From the NCBI GenBank assembly GCA_021613535.1, contig CP075494.1:4960001-5024000 (forward strand): a DNA stretch of 64,000 bases, read 5' to 3'. This DNA is from Adineta vaga. Lineage: Eukaryota > Animalia > Rotifera. The translations under genes were made by a program, and so were the position numbers. Shown here in pieces: positions 47,522 to 59,579 of this stretch. Each line of letters opens with the position of its first letter. The first letter of the stretch is position 1. The notes under the pieces are model-generated. The model saw only the letters and a list, made by a program, of their open reading frames with translations. It ran no database searches and was not told the DNA's origin.

Positions 47522-48718
47522 TACTTTTATTTTCTACAATACGGATTAATCTACGGAAAGTTATAGATAAGCGAACTTTGCGTTCACTTCAATCACAAGA
47601 TTTTGAAAAGAAGATTAAATAGAACGTTGTTTCTGTTCTGTAAATGTGTGACTTAATGTTCCAAAAAAACAAATACAAAAAACAATTGGTTTTACAATCG
47701 TTTTATGTACGCGTGATCAAAAATACTTAATAACGATAAAATCATTTGTGCTTCGCTAATAATGTGAAAAGAAGACATTATGTTGACATAAGAAACCCGT
47801 ATTTTAAAGTGAACAAATAAGAATTTCTAATTTTATTACTAATTGCTCCAGACAACTAATTTCTTTATGTATTTTTTCGTTTGCTTTCCTAACAAAATAT
47901 ATGCTCTGTATTCTGAACTATACATTATTATCCAATGTACATTAACGTTGACGAGTACAATTCCTGAGAATCCTTAAAAGAACTTAGTAAATCAACTTGT
48001 GGAATCCATATTTGACATGAATTGTATTTATTTGATTTTTCAGATAGTACTTATTCATATATTTATAAAATAGTCCGTCCAAAAGTAATAATGTTATTGA
48101 AGGAGAAAAGAGTATAATATCGAGAAAATATATCAGTTTGACAGTTGCTATTCGCAAGTAGTAAATCTCAATACATTAGTTCGATTATCACACTTAATTT
48201 CAGTTTTCTGTGAAATATTTTTGGACACGTAACATACAATCATATTTGCATACTTACTGAATTCAGCTCTAATGAACTATTAGACTTCCCGCGAGTTAAT
48301 CTGTTGTAAAATATATGAACTCTTTTCACCATTGAATAATCAAAACAGGTACTATAACATGTGAAAAAAGAAAAGAATATAGGGTAAACATATGTTAGCG
48401 ACGCTAATGACGGATACATTTCATAGTGCTTATGATTTCAAAAGAATCGATACTATATTATTTCTGAATTAGATTCCGAACAAACATTGTAAACAGATAC
48501 GTTTTACTTTTCATATAATATAGAATTAATCGTTATCCTTTCTGGACACTTCTTAGTCAGCATCAACCATATGAAATAGTATCAACAAATTGATTCATTA
48601 CAAACATTCATCATGTTTCTTGAATAGAAAAACTACAGATTGATTAAAATCATCAATCCGTAAACAGAATATGTATTGCTATAGTGCTTAATCGAATTTA
48701 AAATTAACCATGTAGAGG

Positions 48719-49287
48719 TCAAGTAGAGCTCGTAGTAGTAGTACTAGGACTTGTAACGGAAGAAGCTGTTGTTGTTGTAGACATGCTAGTTGTGCTCGTC
48801 ATAGTGGAACTTGTTGTTGCTTTCGATGTTGTTGTCGTAACTGAAGCAACATCTGTAACTAAATCAGAAACAGATAAATAACTGCAGCACGTTTCAATTT
48901 CAATCAGTCGATCATCTATTCATTCAGGATTGGTAATATCTCTTGCTCTTTGATTTTTACCTGTTGTGTCTTTTTTAATCATTGTTGGAATTATAATACC
49001 CACAGTTAATATAAAACACCAATGATAGCTAAAGCATAATGACTCATTTCTTTCGTGTCCAAAATCTAATCAGTAAAAATACATTATCATTAGTATTACC
49101 GAAATATCACATACATGGACCGTGATCTTTTCGATTCAACTACTCGAAGTTCTCTCATATTCGTACGCACTTGTATCGCTGCTTGCCGAGATTCCTACAT
49201 AACGATAGAATCAAAATGGTGATGAATGAGAGAAGTATGATGTAATCCAAAACTTCCCATGCTTTCTGCTTTTCTGCTGACTAGCAT
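48719..49287 (-). pseudogene. Pseudogene of the Thr-rich membrane protein family, paralog 2
   Basis: Aligns by eye to paralogs 1 and 3 but has CGA>TGA after FWTRKK, two 2-nt insertions, a 15-nt deletion in the TM, first donor GT>GG, and no Cys motif. Confidence 0.7.
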
Positions 49288-49613
49288 AATTGAATACTAG
49301 TAAGAATTATATCTGTTGATATCGAATGTTTTCAAAGTCAAAATGAAATGCTATTTGATCGCTGTTGGATATTTATATTTTTCTGGATGTGTATATCTCT
49401 AGAAATTGAATAAGAAAAAGAATGAGAGAGAAACTCCAAGAAGTATGTTTATGGAAAGAGACATCGTTATTGAAATAATACGATAAATAATTTTGTTTTT
49501 ATGGAGTTTATGCTTATGTGCTAGATTTTCATTTTTACTTTTTAAAACTGAACGTTTTATTCGATTAAGATAGACAATACATTCAACTATAGTATTGAAA
49601 AATGTTTCTGTTC

Positions 49614-50579
49614 TTAGAAATGAGTATTTCTAATAACTGCTGTTGAATAAGGTTGAATTTGGTTCGTTCCGTTAGGATCTTGTTTTTGACATGAGAAAAA
49701 TAATTTCGCTTCGTGTCGAAATGATTTCGATGATGTAAAAAATACAAAGAATGAACTTGCAAATGATATATAAAATAATAATGTAAGAACACTACTAGTT
49801 ATACTTTCAATCATTCGTTGTTCGGTCGTTTTCGGTGTTGTTGCAGAAAATACGGCATATTCTGTATAGATAATATACGGTATAGTAGAAAAAAGTATAA
49901 TGGGTATTTGTATAAGCATCATTCTTGTTAATTGTTTTTGAATTATTTCACGTTGACGATCACCTTGTAATTTATTAATATTTCTATATGTTAAAAAACC
50001 TGATATTGTAAGAATAAGAGTAGGTAATACACCAAGATAAATAGGAAGTGAAACATACATTCGATAATTTGTAAATTCTTGAGGTGAAACAACTGAACAA
50101 ACAGATAGTCCTGTAATCGGATTTGTTACTATAACACCATAGATAAATTCACAAGTAGAATGAGCTAACCAAAATAAACATGTTAATAAAACACCACATA
50201 TAGCATATGATAATCGACTTAATCGACGATAGTTTTCGTCTCGACAACTGGCAAAAAAACGATCAATACTTGCTAAACAGACACATGTTAATGACATGAA
50301 AAAACTTGCTTGAGTAAATGCAATACGAGCTTTACACCAAATTAGATTATTTGATGACCAATCAAGATTAAAACCAACACTTAATATTCGGGTAAATAAA
50401 CCATAGAATAAAACGAGACAATTGATTATTGATGAAGATAGAAATATAAATGCACATGGATTACGACGTGTTCGCCAGAGAAAACGAATATTGAGTAAAT
50501 TTCCTATTATACCACATGCAAATATAGGTATACCACCATATATTGTCATTGAACGTACTAATTCAGTAGTTGAAGACAT
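49614..50579 (-). CDS. Divergent rhodopsin-like 7TM GPCR, intronless
   Basis: GIIGNLLNI (TM1), CKAR, LASIDRF (DRY-like), FSTIPY (TM6), FFVFFTSSKSFR (TM7/H8). Confidence 0.88.
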   Translation of the reverse strand: MSSTTELVRSMTIYGGIPIFACGIIGNLLNIRFLWRTRRNPCAFIFLSSSIINCLVLFYGLFTRILSVGFNLDWSSNNLIWCKARIAFTQASFFMSLTCVCLASIDRFFASCRDENYRRLSRLSYAICGVLLTCLFWLAHSTCEFIYGVIVTNPITGLSVCSVVSPQEFTNYRMYVSLPIYLGVLPTLILTISGFLTYRNINKLQGDRQREIIQKQLTRMMLIQIPIILFSTIPYIIYTEYAVFSATTPKTTEQRMIESITSSVLTLLFYISFASSFFVFFTSSKSFRHEAKLFFSCQKQDPNGTNQIQPYSTAVIRNTHF

Positions 50580-51264
50580 TCTTTAATTTTACAAATGAAT
50601 AGAAAATGCGTGTATTGACTTTTATTTTAAAAAAGATCAAAAACGACCCTGGTATTATCTTTGAAGATAAAATCATTAAATAGATTAGTTTCTTGTTGAA
50701 AAATACGACATTAATATTGAATACATTATTTTGATTAAATACATGTCTAACGGATCAAGACAAAACTCTAAAATTCTACGATGATTTTAACAACTATTCA
50801 TATTCCAAACAATATATATGGGCAACGAATTCATTAATCCTATCGTTTAGAAAAGAAATCTTACATGTAGAATTTTTCTATCCAATTAATGAATATATTA
50901 CATTCACGGACGCTGATGCTGTGAATGTCGTTCTACATAAAGATTAAATAGTTCAACTTTCGAGTATTTCGTATATGTAGAATGAATGTACTTTTTATTG
51001 ACATACTATAGGAAACGTATATTTAATTATTCTTTTCTAAAATAAAACTATTTATAGATCTATAATCTTCTAAGCCATGTCTCTCTAAGACATAGATTTG
51101 TGCATGATTTTTAAAAAAGAAATTAAAATATGTAATAAAATGAAAGCAAATTATTGTTAATGATGAAATCCCTTCCTACGTTTTTTTTCTCTTATCTTTG
51201 TTGATTTATATCAAATACTAATTGATCGATCTAAACAAAAACAAAGATATGTATTTTGCTGTTC

Positions 51265-52181
51265 TTATTGAATATTTTTTGACCATTGTTCATAGTTTTT
51301 CTTTTGACGTTCCATTTCTTGATTTGTCAAAGTCCATACATCAATATCAGTCGTTATTGCATAAGGTGCTGGTCCATATTCAGGAACTATTGTTATCCAT
51401 GGTCGATCTTTCTGTGCTTCCCATATCATTTCCCACCATATTTGCATTTGTTTACATTCTTCTTCAGCTTCTTGAGGATCATGAATTTGTGGATGTTCAG
51501 CAGTACCGACACGTGCATGGAGATGATCAACTCGAGAAGCAAATAAACGAAAACGTTCATCGTCTGTTGAATGTTTTAATAAACGTTCGCAGACAAGAAC
51601 AAAATGTGAATAATCCGCTGTTATACGTAAATTAGGAAAACGCTTAATAAGATGCGCAGTAATAAATGGATTATAGAGCACACGTGTCCGATGTGTCTAA
51701 AAATAAATAATTCATCATCAAATAAGAAAAATCTAATCTATACCTCATGGGATGATGTTACTTCAGGATATTTTGCTTGTACGTGCAGTGCTTTTTCAAT
51801 GAATTCTTCATTTTCTTCGACAGACCAAGAATCTTGACCTCCTTGAATATTTATATGTATTGGTTTATATGGTATGAATTCTCTTAGATGAGTCTCTAGA
51901 TTAGTAATATGTTCGTCAATGGATAAATCTTGCCATACACCATCTTTGTAACTTGGATAGTTTGTTTGTACTAAACCAACCAATTCTAATTGATGAGTTT
52001 TTAAAGCTTGACTAAAAGCATTATGATCATTGGCGGAAATACGATGAATATCACTAAGTGTTGCTTCAATACCTGTATAACCTAACCGATGAATTTCAGC
52101 ACAAAGAACATTAATATCAGCAGAAAATTGTGCTTCAGCACCCCAAAGTGCTCGAATAAATTTCAATTGTGGCACGACCAT
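51265..52181 (-). CDS. Sugar-phosphate isomerase/epimerase (xylose isomerase-like TIM barrel), bacterial type, 2 exons
   Basis: A 47-bp intron at 51697-51743 rebuilds the HE|THR motif; GYTGIE, ITADYSHF..VCERLL, HLHARVG, PEYGPAPY. Confidence 0.82.
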
Positions 52182-52965
52182 TCTTTCTTTCTTTTTTTAT
52201 TTATCTGAGACAACGTGTGACCAACACGAATATATAAATATTTGAGAGTAGAAGCAACACTTTTTATCAAATTTTTTTAAGTAAGATAACACACATCTAT
52301 GTTGTTCTCCCTGGATTTTTTTTCTTAGATCTATTCGACCTTGAATAAAGCAGATGTAGAGGAATATAGAATCTTGCTTAACATCTTCATTTCGAACGTT
52401 ATTTGATAGGTTACATCCTTTGAATATAGAGATTTATCAACGTCTATCTATCTTGTTCTACAAAACAAGCATTCTTAAGTAATAACTGCCATCTATTCTT
52501 CTTATCTCGTCATTCTCATGTTTCTTTTTTTTCTTCTCCTTCTTTGTAATCAAATTTCATCACGAGAACAATCGACAAATCTTTTTTGATAATCGATCAC
52601 TTTCTTTCAACATCTTTACTTTCCAATTTTTGTTGTTGTTATTATACAAAGTAGATGCATTGACAAAATACCTCACATTACTACTAAGAAAGAGAACACA
52701 TAAACGAAATCAATATTGAAAATAAAACGACTTGTTTTTACTTTCCTCTCTCGTTTCCTTGGTAATGTGTTTCACAATGAAGTAGAACTCAAACTTTGAA
52801 TTATTGTTGATAGAGAAAAATAAAAAAAGAATCTTTCTTTTTTTCTTCAACATTATTAGTCGACTACCAGTCAATCATTCACATCAATTTTTTTTCTTTA
52901 TATTTGTTAGTAAAATAAAATATTATTCTTCAATCTGATCTGATTTGATTGTTTTAGACAATCTG

Positions 52966-53550
52966 ATGGATTTACCAGAAAGATTCCAAATCGATATAAC
53001 TGAACCTGTTGAAACATGCTGCTATCGACGTCCATGTACAGCAACAGTATCATATTATAATCCTTATCAAATCATGTACTCAGGCCATTGTTGTGGAAAC
53101 AATACTGTATTATCTGAAACAGCAGCGATTCGTCATGAATTAAGCGAACTTCGAAATGATATTGGAGATCTTAGACGACAACAATACTCTTATACTCCAT
53201 CGTATTATGTTGCTAAACAAGATAATAATTCGAATAGTTCATGTTCTGAATGTATTTCATCTGCTAATGCTAATCAATATCCAACATATGCTGAAGAACG
53301 ACCATACACAGCTGGACGTATGTCAAGTTCAAAAGCTCCTATTACGACTTATCAAGATCATTATCGTGGACCAGATCATTATGGATATACGACTAGTAGA
53401 CCACAACGACGCGCAACAATGAATGAAATGCAATCACAAGCAGCATCATCATCAACTGTTCAACATCCGAGAAATTGGGTTCCTGGTGGTCATAAGAATT
53501 CGTATCCTAATCGACGATGGAATCTTAGTGTTCCTCATCCTGAACCATAA
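52966..53550 (+). CDS. Uncharacterised low-complexity protein (short coiled coil, Tyr/Ser/Arg-rich)
   Basis: ATG at 52966 after an acceptor-like ttttag; open frame with coding-like composition; AATAAA after the stop. Confidence 0.55.
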   Translation: MDLPERFQIDITEPVETCCYRRPCTATVSYYNPYQIMYSGHCCGNNTVLSETAAIRHELSELRNDIGDLRRQQYSYTPSYYVAKQDNNSNSSCSECISSANANQYPTYAEERPYTAGRMSSSKAPITTYQDHYRGPDHYGYTTSRPQRRATMNEMQSQAASSSTVQHPRNWVPGGHKNSYPNRRWNLSVPHPEP

Positions 53551-53617
53551 TTTCCACTTTGAAATAATAAACATTTAATTTTTTAATGTGAAAAAGACAA
53601 ATACATGACAAAGATTT

Positions 53618-55408
53618 CTATAAATCATTTTCTAAGTTATGTAACTGAGGAGGATCTGTTGGTAGATGAAATTTAAAATGATTCCAAAATTTTCGATGAT
53701 AAATATTTGGTTGAGCGAAATATCTTGCACTAAAACTATTAAAAATATAATTCCATGATAAACCATTGATGAATATATGACGAATAACAGATGCACGAAT
53801 ACGAATACGTAAATAAGGACGATCTATTGGAAGTGATTGAGGAAATACGGGATATGAATTTAAAAAATCGACATAATATTCTCGAATTATTTCTGAAAAA
53901 TCATCATTGACTTCAATTACATGAAGAATAAGATTATAATTTTTGAATAATGTCCATTTAAAATACTCTTCAATGCCTTTCATTGTTTTTAACGATGAAT
54001 CAGTTAAGCATTGATCTAATTGATCAATATAATCTTGAAAATTCCATGATGTTGCTAAATATTCATTGACAGATTTTATTGATTCTTCTGCAATATGATT
54101 GCCAAGATCATATTTTCCATTTGGAAAAGGACACCATGTTTTTAAAAATGGAAAACGTAATTTTAATCTTTCAGCAACATCAGCTGGATTATTTTTCCAA
54201 TTTAAACGTCGAATTTGTTCATCATTAGGTTCTGCTTCAAGAAAATAACCACCGATAGGAATCCAAACAGTTGGATTACATAATTGAATAAGTTTGATAA
54301 TTGTTTTAATGAAATTTTCATCTTTTATTTTCGCCATTTCTAATATTTTTTCTTCGCCAAATTGATCAACGAAACACGAAGGATATGCATTTTTATTTGA
54401 AGTAAAGTTTGTTAATAGAACATCAACACTATATGGTAAATAATCTCCATTTGGACTTGAACAATCTACTAAATTTAATATTCGATGACCTTTATATTCA
54501 AATAAAAATGTCACATCATCATAAGGATGTTTATGATCAGGTAATATCATTAAACGACATTCACTTGTTTGTATATATTTCCAAATACCAAATTGAATTG
54601 AATGTATATTAATAAATCCGAATTGTTCAATTGTTTTCGATAACATTTCAGGAGCATAGATATGAATCGATGGATTGATTTGTAGAATACGTTGAAGAGT
54701 AAATCGATTGAAATGATCCGGAGTTGACTTTGAGAGGAAAATACCATCAGCATTTGCAATTTTTTCCAACCAATTTTCATCGATATCATGTAATAACCAC
54801 CAACTTCGATCATAAGCAGGACCTATTAACCATGGATCAATAATTAATCTTGTATTTCCACCTTTAATTTCTAGACAAGCATGACTTAGAAAAGTAATTG
54901 TTAATTCATCTTCTTGCAAAACGTCCTTTTCTTTCGAATCAATTGTCCATGGATCGTATAATGCTGGTTCTAATATGAAGAATTCATCGGAATTATTTTG
55001 ATGAATAATTAATTGTTTTTGTTTAAGACAATCCGCTGGTTTAATATATTCTAATGTTTGAACATTTAATTTCCATCCATGATAAGCACAACGAACAATT
55101 TCAGCTGCATCTTCAATATCATGAATAAAATTACCTCCTGCATGACGACATAAATTTCGACAAATAATTAAACTCTTATCATCATTTTGATAAATTATTA
55201 AACGAATCAATTGAGCTTTTGTCTTACTTTGATCTTTCGTTGGAAGTTCGAGAAAATTCAAACCATATTTCAATTTTTCTATACGGGTTAATGATAAACA
55301 ACATAGAATATTATAAGGAATTGGATTGGATGAAATATAATAGTATGAGGACATGTATGAGAAATGAACCGAAAAGAATGGAATGTCATTGATTTTTCTT
55401 TTCTTCAT
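53618..55408 (-). CDS. CMAH: CMP-N-acetylneuraminic acid hydroxylase-like protein (Rieske + metallo-beta-lactamase fold); start may be Met at 55354
   Basis: CRNLCRHAGGNFIHDIED..VRCAYHGWKL (Rieske), ITFLSHACLE, DPWLIGPAYDRSWWLLH, EYKGHRILNLVDC, NWKNNP, PNIYHRKFWNHF are collinear with vertebrate CMAH. Confidence 0.88.
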   Translation of the reverse strand: MKKRKINDIPFFSVHFSYMSSYYYISSNPIPYNILCCLSLTRIEKLKYGLNFLELPTKDQSKTKAQLIRLIIYQNDDKSLIICRNLCRHAGGNFIHDIEDAAEIVRCAYHGWKLNVQTLEYIKPADCLKQKQLIIHQNNSDEFFILEPALYDPWTIDSKEKDVLQEDELTITFLSHACLEIKGGNTRLIIDPWLIGPAYDRSWWLLHDIDENWLEKIANADGIFLSKSTPDHFNRFTLQRILQINPSIHIYAPEMLSKTIEQFGFINIHSIQFGIWKYIQTSECRLMILPDHKHPYDDVTFLFEYKGHRILNLVDCSSPNGDYLPYSVDVLLTNFTSNKNAYPSCFVDQFGEEKILEMAKIKDENFIKTIIKLIQLCNPTVWIPIGGYFLEAEPNDEQIRRLNWKNNPADVAERLKLRFPFLKTWCPFPNGKYDLGNHIAEESIKSVNEYLATSWNFQDYIDQLDQCLTDSSLKTMKGIEEYFKWTLFKNYNLILHVIEVNDDFSEIIREYYVDFLNSYPVFPQSLPIDRPYLRIRIRASVIRHIFINGLSWNYIFNSFSARYFAQPNIYHRKFWNHFKFHLPTDPPQLHNLENDL

Positions 55409-55507
55409 TCATTGATTCTGTCAAGCAGCTGTTGCACATTCTAACCAATCAAATTAAAACATTCATTTCCTTGATAGATTATATATCTTTTTTTTCTTTT
55501 TAAATTA

Positions 55508-56281
55508 TCATTTAGGTATAGAAAGTAGACAGAGAATAAAAGGTAAAAAATGAAAAAGAATTAGAAAAATAAGTACACCTAAATCTGCTTCTTCACCGAT
55601 GACGGCCGTTTTTTTCAAAAGAATTTGTACAATTCCTAAATATACCAAGTAAATCATACTAACAACAAAAAATAGAACAAAAGTATAGTTTAATCTGACT
55701 GATAAAGTTTCTTTTGACAATGAAGAAGATAATAAATGAATCCAAATAAATCCTAAAAATAATATCAATGTACAAGCACCGACAAAAACGACTGACAACG
55801 GTAAAAATGGTGGTGTTGGTTTTTTAAAATAACCAGTTGATAGAATCCATTGATAGAATTTATCTTGACCATTCTCTTCAAATATATGATCAATTTGAAA
55901 ATGTAATAAACAACCAGCAATAGATAATAAATAACAATTTTTTTTATTTAATGCTATTAAATTTGAATTCGAATATTCGATATCCATATTAGTCTTTGAA
56001 TGACTTAATTTCTTAAGAATTTTTGATGATAATATAGCAATGAGTGGTGCAATCAAAAGAATATAACCTCGTGTATCATGGATATAAGTCATAGCTGTAT
56101 CTGCAATTGAAGGAAATACTATTGATAAGCACCATCCAATAAAAGGTCCAATATCAGGTCCAAAAAAACCATTGATAGCTAATAGTAGACAATGACTAGC
56201 AGTAAAAGATCCTTTGGTTGCTGTCATAAGCAATGTTCCATATCCTAATGCATAACCTACATGAATTACAGGACTTGGCAT
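55508..56281 (-). CDS. Multi-pass membrane protein, putative membrane metal-dependent hydrolase-like
   Basis: Several TM segments; spaced His/Asp motifs (VIH, FFGPD, YIH, LHFQIDH); GEEADLGV. Confidence 0.6.
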   Translation of the reverse strand: MPSPVIHVGYALGYGTLLMTATKGSFTASHCLLLAINGFFGPDIGPFIGWCLSIVFPSIADTAMTYIHDTRGYILLIAPLIAILSSKILKKLSHSKTNMDIEYSNSNLIALNKKNCYLLSIAGCLLHFQIDHIFEENGQDKFYQWILSTGYFKKPTPPFLPLSVVFVGACTLILFLGFIWIHLLSSSLSKETLSVRLNYTFVLFFVVSMIYLVYLGIVQILLKKTAVIGEEADLGVLIFLILFHFLPFILCLLSIPK

Positions 56282-56549
56282 GTTTTATTTCCTACAAGGT
56301 ATAAAAGACAGTAAAAGATACGTTTATGCATGACAAGCTATTTGTAATACTTGAATATAAAAAGAAGAAAAAAATATACGGCTTCATTCATATAATACAC
56401 AGAACAAGAGGAGAATATGTAGTTTTCTTTTTCTTTGCTTGAAACTATTAATCATAGAGGTATTCGAGGTCTATAACCAATCAGGAGATAATATTTTGTT
56501 TTCTTTTCACGTCAGATGTCGTCGTTATTTTTGTCATTTTTAAGACAAT

Positions 56550-57527
56550 ATGGCGACAGAATCATCTACGGAAAATAATGATAATAAAACTCTTATAGTT
56601 TTAGCTTCACCGTCGATAAAAGATTCTTATTATTCAACAAAATTTAAAGAAATCATAGAATATATGATAAATTTTGCTAAATTAGTTCAAGGAAAAGATC
56701 AATTGGTAATTCTTGTCAATCCTAATACATTCTCATATTTTGAAGAAAAAATTGATTCAAATCAATTAATCAAAGCATATATTGATGATATTTGGATTCG
56801 TGATGTCTCTCCAGCAATTCCTGATAAACAAATTAAATTTAAATACTCACCATCTTATTTAAGTTCTTCATTTTCTAGTCAATGTGACAAAAGTTTTCAC
56901 AAGTGGATTAAACAAAATGATATTCAATATAATGAAATATCCGATATTATTCTCGATGGAGGTAATATTGTTGATAATCCTGCAGGAACACGTGTAATTA
57001 TAACTGAACATATTCTTCAAAGCAATCCCTTATTAACGAAAACAACTGCAAAAGAAAAACTCAAACAAATACTTGGAGTAAGTGAGATCGCTATTATTAA
57101 AGAGGTACCAGATGATACGACTGGTCATGCGGATGGAATGGTTATGTGGGCTACTGATGATCGACTTTTATACATGAAATTAGAGGAACCTTTACATTCT
57201 GAAATCATGAACGAATTGAAAACTTCATTTCCGAATGTAGAAATTATCGAACTTCCGAATTATTATGTTAGAGAAACGTGGAGAAATTTTGTTACAGCTC
57301 GTCATGTTTATGTCAACTCAATTGTGACCGATAAATACATTTATATGCCAACATTCGATAGTATACATGATATTGAAATGTTGAATCTATTTCAATCATT
57401 GACAGACAAGACTGTCGTAGGAGTACCAGCAGAAAGTGTTTGTATGATGGGTGGTAGTGTTCGATGTCTTAGTTGGCAAGCCAAAGGTTTGAATAAAAAG
57501 AAAATTTTACAAAGAATCAAACCATAA
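56550..57527 (+). CDS. Agmatine deiminase / Porphyromonas-type peptidylarginine deiminase, intronless
   Basis: DIWIRD, ILDGGNI, DTTGHADG, YVN, GGSVRCLS with catalytic Cys. Confidence 0.9.
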   Translation: MATESSTENNDNKTLIVLASPSIKDSYYSTKFKEIIEYMINFAKLVQGKDQLVILVNPNTFSYFEEKIDSNQLIKAYIDDIWIRDVSPAIPDKQIKFKYSPSYLSSSFSSQCDKSFHKWIKQNDIQYNEISDIILDGGNIVDNPAGTRVIITEHILQSNPLLTKTTAKEKLKQILGVSEIAIIKEVPDDTTGHADGMVMWATDDRLLYMKLEEPLHSEIMNELKTSFPNVEIIELPNYYVRETWRNFVTARHVYVNSIVTDKYIYMPTFDSIHDIEMLNLFQSLTDKTVVGVPAESVCMMGGSVRCLSWQAKGLNKKKILQRIKP

Positions 57528-58281
57528 TAAACAATAGAACAAAAGTTTATATCAAAATCGTTTTTTTTGTTCTTTTATTATAAGAAAATTTCGCCGATGT
57601 TTAAATCAGTAAAACGAACTTAAAGAGAAAAGAAAAAAAAGAATAATGTATTTAATGTATTTGAAATTCGTTGTATTCTTGATCAAAATACATATAAATC
57701 TGAAAAAACTTTTCAATTTATTTATTATATTGAAAAAAAAGAAAATTATTTTAATAATAAAATAATATTCAACAATTTGTTTTCTGATTACATTCAAAAT
57801 TTACAATAACAAAAATTCAGATGAAGAGTTGTTTTATTGAACTGACTTACATTTTGTGTGAAAAATAGGACAGAAAACAGACAGACTTTTACGGACAAAT
57901 TTTCTTTCGAATATGTATATTATTTTTGTCATAAACATAGCTTACTGTTTTTTTTCCAAATTTTGCGAATATTGATTCAAGCATTTGAAATAATCATTTT
58001 CGTGTAAAAACAAAAACGAAAGCTATTAACAGTTTCGAGACGAAAGAAATTTAATGAAAGGTGGACGATTATTCCAAAACGCCCGATTTGCTTTTCTCGA
58101 TGAGAGGAAAGCAAATTTCATGGACAGAAAAAGAAATCGAGAGATCCATTAACTGCTCAGCTTTTCTTCTAATTTTGTTTTGTTTTGAGAAATTTTGCTG
58201 ACGTCTACACACATATAAGTATACTATTAAAACATTTTCATCTCATTCAGTAAAAACTGTGAGTGCATTTTAGTTGCAACA

Positions 58282-59579
58282 ATGCTAACGAATCAAGGAT
58301 CGATCGGCATGGAGTCTCGCCAAGGAGCGAAACAAGTTCGAATGGACATGAGAGAACTTCGAGTTGTCGAATCGAAAAGATCCCGATCAACGTAGGTTTT
58401 TATTCATACTTTCAGATATCGTATATTCTATTTCAATTTGTTAATATGTTAGATTTTGGACACGAAAGAAACGATTCATTGCTTTAGCTATCATCGGTGC
58501 TTGTGTAGCTGGTGTTTTGTTAGCTGTGGGTATTATGATTCCAACAATGATGAAAAAAGATGCAGGTAAAGAATTCTACCATACATATATAGATGTATTT
58601 GATTGAGGAAGAAATAGGACGACATGAGATATTCTCTTATATTTTGACTGGCCTATTCAGATGAGACATATAGAATAAATTTAACTAATGGACAGAAAAT
58701 CTAGATGATATTATATACTGTTTCATTCACCATTTCTACGATCGCATTACAAAGCACCAACTATATTCGTATCAGTTAATGCTTTTGTTTCTAACATATG
58801 AAAAATTTGTTAGTTATCACTCAAAAATGCATAAATATCATAAGAGAATAAATTTTCTATCGATTGTGAATATAAATCGATACTTTGAAGCTAATTGTTT
58901 TCTTTTGTATTTAGAAATAACAGTTGACCCATCAGTTACAACAACAACGACAACAACATTAAGAACAAGAGCTACTGGGTCGACATCAACATCATCGTCT
59001 ACACCATCATCATCAACAACGACAAGCACTCCTCAGACTACACCAACTACTCCGACATCCACTTCATCATTATTACCAACAACAACGAGCACTCCTCAAA
59101 CTACAACAACTACTCCTATACCAACATCCACTTCCTCAACATCCACTTCCTCAACATCCACATCCACATCATCGTCGTCCACATCGTCAACATCCACATC
59201 ATCATCATCATCAACAACAACAAGCACTCCTCAAACTACAACAACGACTCCAATATCAACATCTACATCATCAACATCAACATCATCGTCGTCCACATCC
59301 ACATCATCAACATCCACATCATCATCATCAACAACGACAAGCACTCCTCAAACTACAACGACCACTCCGACATCAACATCGACATCGTCAACATCATCAT
59401 CATCATCAACAACAACAACCATGAGCACTAGCACTACAACTATAACAACGAGTACAACTACCACTCTTCCCTGTTGTCCCAATACGTGTCAGTGTTGTGG
59501 TAGTACAAGTACTTTCTTCAGTACTAGTTCTACGAGTATTGGTACTACGACTACCACAATTACTAATCCAAAAGGGTGA
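58282..59579 (+). CDS. Type II membrane Thr/Ser-rich protein with PCCPNTCQCC motif, paralog 3 (3 exons)
   Basis: MLTNQGSIGMESRQGAKQVRMDMRELRVVESKRSRS|FWTRKKRFIALAIIGACVAGVLLAVGIMIPTM|long Thr/Ser exon from ~58915. Confidence 0.75.
59010..59420 (+). repeat. Coding minisatellite: four copies of TTTSTPQTTxTTP separated by Ser/Thr runs
   Basis: acaagcactcctca(a/g)actaca-like units recur near 59022, 59085, 59220 and 59337. Confidence 0.75.
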
